A stretch of DNA of 39,517 bases from an uncultured Oscillibacter sp. (GTDB lineage: Bacteria > Bacillota > Clostridia > Oscillospirales > Oscillospiraceae), in the NCBI GenBank assembly GCA_937884915.1, contig CALAAN010000292.1, forward strand, positions 1-39,517, given 5' to 3'. Numbering within the stretch: the stretch's first letter is position 1; every line of letters begins with the position of its first letter. Positions 1 to 7,603 of this stretch are shown here, piece after piece. Under the pieces are notes generated by a model. It had not been told where the DNA came from and searched no databases. It was given only the letters and a program-made list of their open reading frames with translations. Made by a program: the position numbers and the translations under genes.

Positions 1-459
1 GCCCTCGCTTCCCTCGCCGAGCTTCGTAGCGTCCAGCACCGGGATGCGCGCTGCGGCGAGCGTACCGGACGTGATGGCCGACGCTGCGTGCGTGTGGCTC
101 GCCGGAGCGCCGCCGAGCGCCGCCGCCGTCACCTCCGCGGCGAGCTTTGCGAGCGTGATGCTCCCGTCCATAACGCTGCCCTGCGTGATCTCCTGCATCG
201 CCACGATGATCTCTTCGAGCGCCGACTGGATGTTGTCTGCCGAAAAGCCGGAGATCGCCGTGATGCCGAGCTGCCCGGCCGCTCCCGTTCCGGTCAGCTC
301 GTCAAGAAGCGCGTTGAAGCGCTCTCTCACCACCGCCGTCACCAGCGCGTCGAATACCTTTTTGTTCTGCGCCGCCGTGCCGGTCAGCTTGTCGGGCTGG
401 CTCTGCACGCCGTTCGCGGCAATGGCGGCTTCCGTGATCTTCTGTTCCTGTATGCTCAT
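1..459 (-). CDS. Tail fibre/spike protein, 5' part (continues across the circular join into 39517..39155; ~267 aa total)
   Basis: ATG at 459 with GAGGTG RBS. MSIQEQKITEAAIAANGVQSQPDKL...SHTHAASAITSGTLAAARIP is open to base 1 and joins KLGEGS-VGSSQLASS. Confidence 0.8.
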   Translation of the reverse strand, partial: MSIQEQKITEAAIAANGVQSQPDKLTGTAAQNKKVFDALVTAVVRERFNALLDELTGTGAAGQLGITAISGFSADNIQSALEEIIVAMQEITQGSVMDGSITLAKLAAEVTAAALGGAPASHTHAASAITSGTLAAARIPVLDATKLGEGSEG

Positions 460-467
460 TTTTCTCT

Positions 468-2327
468 TCACCTCTTTGCGTAATTGCCTGTGACATAGTG
501 CTTTGTGATCTGAAAGATACCGAACCCCTCGTTCGGCTCGGCGTTCCGGACGATGACCTGCAAGCGCTTGTAGTTTTTTACCTTGCGGTTGAGAAAGATC
601 TCCTGCGGGCTCTCGTCCGTGTTGAACGTGATCCGCTCAAAATCGATGTCGGAAAAGTCCAGAATGTCCATCGGCTTTCCGGCGACCTTCTTTTCGTGGC
701 CGCCGGTGCGGTCGGCACGGATGTATACCTCGGCGCTCGAGCGCGCATACGGCTTGATCGTCACGCAGCAGCCGCGCTTGAGCAGCGTTTTGAGAATGGC
801 GGGCGTGCCGTCATCGTCATACTTCGTCGCCCATACCGCGGATATGGCCGCGCCGTCGTCGCTGTAGCGGCTCATGGCCTCGACGTCCGTGTTGAATTTG
901 CAGATCCGCCCGTCCGCCGTGCCGAAATACAGCGATTCTTCCGCGCCCGCTCGTCGGTTCATCCAGCAGGACGCCGGGATGTTCTCAAAGTAGTAGCCTT
1001 CGTACACGTAGTCGCCGAGCGCTGCGCTCCGGTAGCTCTTGTTCTGCCGCCCGTCCAGCGCGTAAACGTGGCCGTTCGGGAAGGCAAGCATGTACATGCC
1101 GTTCCAGATCACCGCCTCGGCCTTTTCCCGCTCCGGCTCGTCGTTGAGAAGGTTGTTTACGTAGAAGCTGCGCCCCTGCGTGATCTTCTCGCTCGTATAC
1201 GAGTTTGTGGCCACGGCCATCACCCCGGTACGCGATAGGAAGAGAGGGTCGTCCAGCAGGGAGGCAAAGCTCCCCGGCGCGATGGATCCGACGCCCGCCA
1301 CGGCCTGCTGCTGCGGCTGCGCGATCTCGCTGTCCTGCAATTCCGCCGTGCGGAGATAGATCGTGCTGTCCTGCCCGTTGTCCTCCTTCACGATGCCGAG
1401 TGACTTTCCCAGCCGGCAGTACCCGAGGATCGCCGTTGCTTCGCTCCCGACCTCGTTGTACAAAAGGTCCGGGAAGTACGTCGGATCGTTCATCCCGCTC
1501 GTCCAGTCCACGTTCGGTAGGTCTGAATTTCCGGAGAGCACCGCGCGGTCGTTCGTTCCGATGCCGTAGGTCGTGATGATCGTGCACTTGTCGATGCGGT
1601 CGGTGTAGCCCTCCACCGTGTGCGGAAACTGCACGACCAGTCCGTCCTCCGAACCGGCCAGCGGCTTTGCCGGGGCCGTGGTCATCTTGACGATGCCCTT
1701 CTCGCGGTCGAGCGTGAACGCCGTCGTCTCCTCTCCGAACACCCAGACTTTGACTGTGCCGGTCGCGTCGATATCCCCGTCGAGCTGAAATTCCTTTGTT
1801 GTGCCGTCCGTCTGGAAGGCGTTCTTCCGGTACGGCGTGAGCATGTTTACGTTCTCGTAGCTCTGCCCGCCGCCGGACGGCATGCGCGTGATAACGGTCG
1901 TAGGGACGTAGGCGTTCTGTGAGGCTCTGTGCGCCGCTGTGCCGTCGTATACGTAGAATCCGCCCCCCGTTACTATCCAGAGCTTCCCGGCCAGATACGC
2001 GGCGTGTGAGCGTCTCTCCGGCAGCCCCGTGAGGATCTGCGCCGGCGCCGTCTCATCGTCCCAGGCGTAGAGCACCGTTCCGATGTGGGCGAGTTTTTTC
2101 TCCGCGCCGTTGAACTTTCCGGCGAACAGGCCGTATACCGGCTTGTCCTTCTTCCACAGTGTCCGCCAGCCGAGCCGCTTCTGCGGCATTCCGCCGCCGT
2201 CCGCCACGATGTTCGTGCACAGCGGACTTCGGGAATAGTCCACGAGCGACGGGTCTGTGGAAAAGTCCGCGCCGCGGAACGTCTTGTATACGCGCTGCCG
2301 GATGCTGACTCCGGTTTTCTTCGCCAT
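468..2327 (-). CDS. Tail nozzle / head-stabilisation protein (P22 gp10 / T7 gp12-like beta-propeller), 619 aa
   Basis: N-terminal FRGADFS...NIVADGGGMPQKRLG pattern, beta-rich, directly downstream of an adaptor-sized gene. Confidence 0.65.
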   Translation of the reverse strand: MAKKTGVSIRQRVYKTFRGADFSTDPSLVDYSRSPLCTNIVADGGGMPQKRLGWRTLWKKDKPVYGLFAGKFNGAEKKLAHIGTVLYAWDDETAPAQILTGLPERRSHAAYLAGKLWIVTGGGFYVYDGTAAHRASQNAYVPTTVITRMPSGGGQSYENVNMLTPYRKNAFQTDGTTKEFQLDGDIDATGTVKVWVFGEETTAFTLDREKGIVKMTTAPAKPLAGSEDGLVVQFPHTVEGYTDRIDKCTIITTYGIGTNDRAVLSGNSDLPNVDWTSGMNDPTYFPDLLYNEVGSEATAILGYCRLGKSLGIVKEDNGQDSTIYLRTAELQDSEIAQPQQQAVAGVGSIAPGSFASLLDDPLFLSRTGVMAVATNSYTSEKITQGRSFYVNNLLNDEPEREKAEAVIWNGMYMLAFPNGHVYALDGRQNKSYRSAALGDYVYEGYYFENIPASCWMNRRAGAEESLYFGTADGRICKFNTDVEAMSRYSDDGAAISAVWATKYDDDGTPAILKTLLKRGCCVTIKPYARSSAEVYIRADRTGGHEKKVAGKPMDILDFSDIDFERITFNTDESPQEIFLNRKVKNYKRLQVIVRNAEPNEGFGIFQITKHYVTGNYAKR

Positions 2328-2330
2328 GGC

Positions 2331-2888
2331 TCACCCCCGGAACAGGCTCTGCGCGATGCGCCGGTTCTCGCCCGGCTGCGTCGTTTTGAGCAGACTCGCC
2401 TGGTAGTTGTACATCTGGAGCATCGCGCCGTAGTCCATCACGAGATCCGGGAGGAGCTGCTGCGCCGCTACATAGTACGGCATGCACTCGCAGGCGTCCT
2501 CGGCGATCTCGAATTCATAATCGTCCGCCGCGTCCGCGCCGATGGTCCGCGGCTGCGCGTAGTACTCGACGATCACCTCTGAAGCGCTGCCCTCCGGGAT
2601 GATGATCTGCCCGCTCCGCCAGCGGAAGCGGTTCGTCGCCGGGCGGCCGTCCGCCCACACGCGGTAGAGCGCGTAGAAGTCGTCCGGCATGTCGTAGGCC
2701 GTCACGCCGGATACCGGCCGGATCGTCTCCTCCCGAACGATCTTCTTGATCTGCGCAAGCGTCTTCTGCGCCATGTCGAAGAACGCGGTCATCTTCTTCT
2801 CGATGTCCTCGTCGTGCTCGATCTCGCCGCCCGCGCTGTGCTCGTCGAGGAGCATGTATACCTTGTTTTTCGCTTCTCCGAGCGTCAT
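2331..2888 (-). CDS. Head-tail adaptor protein (T7 gp11 / P22 gp4-like), 185 aa
   Basis: MTLGEAKNKV start, 'G...Y.MP.DF' and 'VEYYAQP' motifs, AGGAGG RBS, position before the nozzle. Confidence 0.65.
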   Translation of the reverse strand: MTLGEAKNKVYMLLDEHSAGGEIEHDEDIEKKMTAFFDMAQKTLAQIKKIVREETIRPVSGVTAYDMPDDFYALYRVWADGRPATNRFRWRSGQIIIPEGSASEVIVEYYAQPRTIGADAADDYEFEIAEDACECMPYYVAAQQLLPDLVMDYGAMLQMYNYQASLLKTTQPGENRRIAQSLFRG

Positions 2889-2946
2889 GTTGATTCCTCC
2901 TTGCGGAAACAGGGCGAGTCGCCCCGCCCTGTTTCCTTCCCAAATG

Positions 2947-3402
2947 TCAGTTGTCCGGCGGGGCTTCCATCTCCGCCTTCTTTTCGGCGGTCTGTTTCAG
3001 ACGGTCGAGCAGCTTCATCAGAAATCCCGGCATAGGCACGCCGATCTTCCCGCTGTTCTCCAGAATGGAGATAAGTTCGTTGATAATGAGCCACACGATC
3101 ACCAGCAGACCCACAATGAAATTCACATCCAGCTGTACGCCGAGCTTGCCGCCGAGCATCGTGATGAGATAATCAATGCCCATGCCCACGGCCACGATCA
3201 TCAGATAGAAAACCTTCTTGATCACGCCCTGGATCCCTTTGCGGCTTGAAAGCTCCTTGTTCATCCACGCCGCCGTCATTCCCGTGACGTAATCGCAGAT
3301 CATCACCGCGATCAGTACCGCCACCGGGATAACGAGCTGGCGGAGATACGCCATCAGCGCCGCCGCAGCGGCCGTGATGATCGCTTTCCAGAAGTTGTCC
3401 AT
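2947..3402 (-). CDS. Phage holin (toxin secretion/phage lysis holin family), 151 aa
   Basis: TM segments with DYVTG...SSRKGIQGVIKK and NELISILEN..KIGVPMP signature. Confidence 0.9.
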   Translation of the reverse strand: MDNFWKAIITAAAAALMAYLRQLVIPVAVLIAVMICDYVTGMTAAWMNKELSSRKGIQGVIKKVFYLMIVAVGMGIDYLITMLGGKLGVQLDVNFIVGLLVIVWLIINELISILENSGKIGVPMPGFLMKLLDRLKQTAEKKAEMEAPPDN

Positions 3403-3414
3403 ACCGTTCTCCTT

Positions 3415-3678
3415 TCAGTCCAGCAGCAGGAACCGCACGTCCGTGGATGCCGCCGAAGCGACGACCGCCAGCTCTCCGGCGGCGAACGGCACCTGCAGCA
3501 CCGTGTTGGCCGGAACGGGGAAGCCCGCCGCGGCGGTCAGCGCCTTGTTCGGGTCATACGGCGCGATGTACACGACGTTCGCGCTGTTGTTGGAAACAAC
3601 GGCGGTCTGACAGTGGCAGTCCACCTTCGTCTCCTTCGTGCCCGCCGCAACGGCGAGCACGCGGTCAATTTTCATCAT
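3415..3678 (-). CDS. Small virion/decoration-like protein, 87 aa
   Basis: MMKIDRVLAVAAG... with GAAAGGA RBS. Beta-rich. The longer ORF-track start at 4230 overlaps the capsid gene. Confidence 0.65.
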   Translation of the reverse strand: MMKIDRVLAVAAGTKETKVDCHCQTAVVSNNSANVVYIAPYDPNKALTAAAGFPVPANTVLQVPFAAGELAVVASAASTDVRFLLLD

Positions 3679-3707
3679 ATTCGTTTCCTTTCTCCTGCCT
3701 CGCAGAG

Positions 3708-3867
3708 TTTGCGCCCGCAGGCGCAAAAGGATTTTAAATCGTTTTCTCCGGCGACATGTGCGTCGGAGAAAACTCTTCTCGGCCTGCAAACGTGCGAGCG
3801 CAGCGAGTGCGCTGCAGCAGGCCGCATCCCCATCGACGGAAAGCCCAGCGAAGCGGGTTTCCGTCGA
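3708..3867. repeat. Cluster of four stem-loops between the capsid gene and the next gene
   Basis: Inverted repeats at 3708-3727, 3741-3773, 3780-3824 and 3833-3867. Confidence 0.7.
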
Positions 3868-3869
3868 AA

Positions 3870-4829
3870 TCAGCCCGGATCGCCGAAAATGATCTGCCGC
3901 GCGTCGCCCCAGCCCACGCCGAAGTCGGCATACGCGGTGTAAAGATCGATCAGCGGGTTGTCCTGCTCCTGCTGCATGACGGTCGGGCGCGTGTTGTAGA
4001 CGATGTTCACGATCTCCTTCATCAGTCGGCGGTCGCACACCGCCCACTGTTTGCCCGTGAAGCCGTCCGCGCCGCCGCCCATGACGATGTAGCGCATGCC
4101 GTACACGGGGTTCGCGGCATTCGTGTTGTCGTCCGGGTTCAGCATGGGCGTCAGACGGGAGTTCTCTCCGAACATCTTCTTCGCCTTTTCCTCCAGTTCC
4201 GGCGCGATGAGCACCGTGTCGAGATCGCACAGGAACGGCATGCCGTCCGGCGTCACGAAACGGTTGGCGCGCGCCTGCGCCGCCGTAATAGCGGAGACCG
4301 AGAACGCGTCCGTGGAGACGTTGGAGTACGTACCCGCATCCGCGTCTACCTCAAAGCGGCGGCCCTGCGATCCGCGCGAGGCGACAGGGTGCGCGGCGTT
4401 GGCCCAGCTCACGCCGTCGCCGCCGTTGTGACGGCCGTCGGTGTTCCAGGCGTTGGCGAACATGCGCAGCACATGCAGATACACCGTGATCGCCATGCTG
4501 TCGCCGAGCTTCGTGCCGACTTTCTTCGTTTCGCCCATCTTGTCGATCTTCGCCTGCTTGTAGCCGACAGGGACGGAAAGCGTGTACTCCACCGGCGTGA
4601 TCACAGTCTTAAAGCCGCGGTGCAGCTCGGCGGTGTTCAGGTTGTTTCCGTCATAGACCATCGCCTCTCCGTAGCCGCCGGAGCCGGTCAGCTCATAGTC
4701 GATGCTCTTGGCGTTCACCTCGCCCACGACGGGCGAGAGCTTATTGAGACGGTCGGCATACGCAAAGTCGAACGCCTTGCCGACAAACTTGTAGTTGTCG
4801 GTCTTCCAGTTTCCGAAATTGTTAGGCAT
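3870..4829 (-). CDS. Major capsid protein (Mu gpT-like HK97 fold), 319 aa
   Basis: Size and position after the scaffold. 'TVLIAPELEEKA' and C-terminal 'FGVGWGDARQIIFG' resemble gpT-type capsids. Confidence 0.78.
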   Translation of the reverse strand: MPNNFGNWKTDNYKFVGKAFDFAYADRLNKLSPVVGEVNAKSIDYELTGSGGYGEAMVYDGNNLNTAELHRGFKTVITPVEYTLSVPVGYKQAKIDKMGETKKVGTKLGDSMAITVYLHVLRMFANAWNTDGRHNGGDGVSWANAAHPVASRGSQGRRFEVDADAGTYSNVSTDAFSVSAITAAQARANRFVTPDGMPFLCDLDTVLIAPELEEKAKKMFGENSRLTPMLNPDDNTNAANPVYGMRYIVMGGGADGFTGKQWAVCDRRLMKEIVNIVYNTRPTVMQQEQDNPLIDLYTAYADFGVGWGDARQIIFGDPG

Positions 4830-4842
4830 TTTCTTTCCCTCC

Positions 4843-5514
4843 TTAGGTCAGCGCATGGCCGATCGCCATGAGCTTAATGGTGCCGCGCTCGTAGTCGTGG
4901 CCGATGCAGCGGATCTTCGTCGCGCCGACGGTCTTGAGCGTGATGCCGAGGCGCTTGTCGCCGAGACTCGCAACGCCGCCGATCGCGGCGCCGATCACGG
5001 GGTAGACTTCGTACACGTCGCCCGCGGACGGCGTGCCGCCGCTCGCTTTCGTCATCACCGTGCCGGTCTTGGTGTAGTCGGTCACGACGATCTGCGTGCC
5101 GAGCGCGTCGGTGTTCGTGCTGTTCGCTGCCTTCTCCTTCAGGACGAGGATCGCGTTGTTGAAAGCGTCGTCCGCGGCGGCGGCGTCCACATCGCCTTCC
5201 GCCGGTACAATGGTCGCGGCGCTGCCGGAGGCGGCCTTGATCGTCGGCGCCGGGCACTCGAAGATGAGCGTCGGGTTGTCGCAGACAAGGATCTCCTTGC
5301 CGTTCGCGCGCAGGTTGAGCGCGTCCTCCTTGCCGGAGTGGAACTCCGCGGCAATGCCGAGGATACCGCCGGTCTCCGCAGCGGCGGCCAGAACGACCTT
5401 GCCGGCGGAAAGCTTCACCACGGCGCCCGCGTCGATCACGGTCGCCGCGTCAATGGGGTAGTTGCGGGCGGTCTGCAATACGCTGCCGCCGTCCGCATTC
5501 TGTACAGGATGCAT
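4843..5514 (-). CDS. Capsid decoration/cement-like protein, 223 aa
   Basis: Ala/Gly/Thr-rich, 'IDAGAVVKLSAGKV...ILGIA' pattern, between scaffold and capsid. Confidence 0.55.
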   Translation of the reverse strand: MHPVQNADGGSVLQTARNYPIDAATVIDAGAVVKLSAGKVVLAAAAETGGILGIAAEFHSGKEDALNLRANGKEILVCDNPTLIFECPAPTIKAASGSAATIVPAEGDVDAAAADDAFNNAILVLKEKAANSTNTDALGTQIVVTDYTKTGTVMTKASGGTPSAGDVYEVYPVIGAAIGGVASLGDKRLGITLKTVGATKIRCIGHDYERGTIKLMAIGHALT

Positions 5515-5526
5515 GATGTTCTCCTT

Positions 5527-6324
5527 TCATCGTTTCAGAAATTCTTTGGCGGTCATTTTCATCTGCGGGTAGCTGCGGTTCCATTCGTCAAGCTCCCGCT
5601 GCTGGGCGGCCGTCAGCCCATCCGATACGCCGCCTCCGCCCGCTCCCGTGGAGCGTTCGGCCTTTGCGGCAGACTTTTCCACCGCCTTTGCGGCGGCGTC
5701 CTCTCCGACAAGCTCCTTCCAGTCGTCGTACAGGTCGCCCAAAGGCTCCTTCCCGTAGCGGCTGCCGCAGAAGCGGCGGAATTTGTCGTTCGCGTCGAGC
5801 TTGCGGAGGTCCACGTCCGGGTGCTCCCGGAGGAATGCCGCGGCGTCCTGGGCTACCCAGTCGCTCCGGCGCTTCGCCTCGGCCTCGGCCTTCTCTTTCT
5901 CTGCCCGCTCGCGCTTCTGGCGTCGGACGACCTCTTTGGCGTCCTCTTCCTCTTCCAGATCCTCCACGGTGCGTCCGCTCTCCGCCGCGGCCTTTTTGAG
6001 CCGCGCCGCGCGGGTCTTGTCGGCATAGGATTCCAGCACATCCAGCGAGTCGATCGCCCCGCCGCCGTCCGGATCGCTCAGCCCCAGCTTGGCCACCGCC
6101 GCGCCGTAGCGTTCCGCTGCCTTCTTGAAGCCCGCCGCCTCTCCGGCCTTGCGCGCCGCCTGGTATCTGGCGTTTTCCTCCCGGCTCTGTCTGGCAGGTT
6201 CGGCGGCCTCCTGCTTCTTTTCGCCTGCGGATCCCTCCGCTTCAGCTCCGGTCTCCTCTGCGGTCACGACGCCGCCCTCCGTGCCCTCTTCCGGAGTTTC
6301 GACTTCCATGTTCTCGATATCCAT
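5527..6324 (-). CDS. Scaffolding protein, 265 aa
   Basis: Acidic low-complexity N-terminus, coiled-coil, C-terminal 'MKMTAKEFLKR', upstream of the capsid genes. Confidence 0.75.
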   Translation of the reverse strand: MDIENMEVETPEEGTEGGVVTAEETGAEAEGSAGEKKQEAAEPARQSREENARYQAARKAGEAAGFKKAAERYGAAVAKLGLSDPDGGGAIDSLDVLESYADKTRAARLKKAAAESGRTVEDLEEEEDAKEVVRRQKRERAEKEKAEAEAKRRSDWVAQDAAAFLREHPDVDLRKLDANDKFRRFCGSRYGKEPLGDLYDDWKELVGEDAAAKAVEKSAAKAERSTGAGGGGVSDGLTAAQQRELDEWNRSYPQMKMTAKEFLKR

Positions 6325-6487
6325 GCGGGGTTCCTTTCTGCCGCTGTACTGCCGCGGCCGCGATGTATTTTTGCTTGCTGATGAAAGGTTAACCCGAAAT
6401 ATCTGTCCGTGCTCGGCGACTTTTTTGTTGATTTTTCACGAATCGTCAAACCCATTGGTACAACAGGCGGTTTCAGCCCCGAAAACA

Positions 6488-6516
6488 GCAAAACCGGAGC
6501 GGTTTCCCGCTCCGGT
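6488..6516 (-). terminator. Putative intrinsic terminator ending the moron transcript
   Basis: ACCGGAGCGG-tttc-CCGCTCCGGT 10-bp stem with a short T tract on the minus strand. Confidence 0.55.
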
Positions 6517-6569
6517 CGAAAAATTTCTGTGAAATATTACCCGTGATTATAATCCTGTTTGCGTTACTC

Positions 6570-6689
6570 TCATGCCGCCTTTAAGAAGCTCCGTATGAAC
6601 CGCAGCGCCTCGTCGTCCGTGTCGGCCAACAGTCCGATGATCTCCTCGATGGTCTTTTCCCGCTCGATGGTTGCCGTATTGCTTTTCAT
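6570..6689 (-). CDS. Micropeptide A, 39 aa (MKSNTATIEREKTIEEIIGLLADTDDEALRFIRSFLKAA)
   Basis: GAAAGGAG RBS. Strong paralogy with 20152..20253. Confidence 0.8.
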   Translation of the reverse strand: MKSNTATIEREKTIEEIIGLLADTDDEALRFIRSFLKAA

Positions 6690-6703
6690 GCCCCAGACTC
6701 CTT

Positions 6704-6811
6704 TCAAATCATTCCCAACAGGAAGAAATACACCCGCCGCAGCGCCCGTATATCCATCCGGCGCAGCATCCGCACGATCTCCTCGATTTTCGTCTCTGTA
6801 TCGTTATTCAT
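6704..6811 (-). CDS. Micropeptide B, 35 aa (MNNDTETKIEEIVRMLRRMDIRALRRVYFFLLGMI)
   Basis: GAAAGGA RBS. Same I-xx-I-xx-L...D-xx-ALR pattern as peptide A. Its stop overlaps the RBS of A. Confidence 0.72.
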   Translation of the reverse strand: MNNDTETKIEEIVRMLRRMDIRALRRVYFFLLGMI

Positions 6812-6933
6812 ACTCTCTGTTCCTTTCTCCCGCGAAACGGAACGCATCACAGCCTCCCGTTTCGCGTCTTTCGTATTTTTTCTCTATCACAGCGAGGATT
6901 TTTTGATTTTCGCGGTCAGGGAATATATTTACC

Positions 6934-7182
6934 TTACCCGACCGTCTCGCTCGTCTCCGCCTCGTTTATAGCGCTGTTTTTTCTCAACATCGAAGCTGCG
7001 ATCCGCGCCTTCTGTTCTTCCGTCCGTTTGGCCTTTTTCCGGAAAGGATTCTTCCCGAAGCGGAACGGCCACAGTGGGCAGTTGCTCTCACAGGGGCATA
7101 GCTCTACCTGCTTCATGCTGCCGCAGCAGCAGTCAAGGCATTTCTCACGGATGACTTTTACCGGGTTTGTGCTTTTGGGCAT
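6934..7182 (-). CDS. Cys-rich putative metal-binding phage protein, 82 aa
   Basis: AAGGAGG RBS, MPKSTNPVKVIREKCLDCCCG...CPCESNCPLWPFRFGKNP. Confidence 0.8.
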   Translation of the reverse strand: MPKSTNPVKVIREKCLDCCCGSMKQVELCPCESNCPLWPFRFGKNPFRKKAKRTEEQKARIAASMLRKNSAINEAETSETVG

Positions 7183-7206
7183 AGAAAAACCTCCTTCAAA
7201 TTGTCC

Positions 7207-7235
7207 TTGACCTTTGAAAGAGGGCATAGTAATAT
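7207..7235 (+). promoter_or_regulatory. Antisense sigmaA promoter
   Basis: TTGACC-17 bp-TAATAT. Confidence 0.65.
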
Positions 7236-7241
7236 TATTTA

Positions 7242-7320
7242 CGCCCTCCTTGCAAAAGGTCGGTAATGGGTCTCCCTGTGTTGTCAGTCCGCCAAGATAG
7301 CCAACACGGGGGGATTTTTT
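7242..7320 (+). ncRNA. Putative cis-antisense sRNA 1 (~80 nt)
   Basis: Starts after the promoter at 7207-7235. Ends in a 13-bp stem (7271-7283/7302-7314) plus T6. No ORF inside. Confidence 0.6.
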
Positions 7321-7498
7321 ATTCTTCCTGTTTCAGACGGTCGTACACCGACTTGATACCCTGCCGGATAATGTCGGCCTTGCTCTGCCCGGTTTTCTCC
7401 GCGCAGTACTCCAAGCGGTCTACATCCTCCTGCGACAGTCTAACGCGGGTGCTAAGCTGCTTCGGGTTGTCGGTGGGTCTGCCTGTTCGTGGAGACAT
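7319..7498 (-). CDS. Ribbon-helix-helix (Arc/CopG-like) regulator, 59 aa
   Basis: MSPRTGRPTDNPK..TRVRLS....LEYCAEKTGQSKADIIRQGI. GAGGTG RBS. Confidence 0.85.
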   Translation of the reverse strand: MSPRTGRPTDNPKQLSTRVRLSQEDVDRLEYCAEKTGQSKADIIRQGIKSVYDRLKQEE

Positions 7499-7515
7499 TG
7501 TATCACCTCTCTTTC

Positions 7516-7559
7516 GTATCCACATAAGTCATTATATATTATGTGGATACATATGTCAA
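7516..7559 (-). promoter_or_regulatory. Consensus promoter with 12-bp inverted-repeat operator
   Basis: TTGACA(7559-7554)-17-TATAAT(7536-7531). GTATCCACATAA/TTATGTGGATAC at 7516-7527 and 7539-7550. Confidence 0.85.
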
Positions 7560-7570
7560 TACACAAACGC

Positions 7571-7602
7571 AAAAACAGGACAGGTTTTTCCCTGTCCTGT
7601 TT
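7571..7602 (-). terminator. Terminator after terL
   Basis: AAACAGGACAGG/CCTGTCCTGTTT stem followed by Ts on the minus strand. Confidence 0.7.
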
Positions 7603-7603
7603 C

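Noticed and set aside
3415..4230. Open alternative frame overlapping the capsid 3' end, suggesting a T7 10B-like frameshift extension
   Set aside because: No canonical slippery heptamer seen, the 87-aa gene has its own strong RBS, and open frames are common at this GC content.
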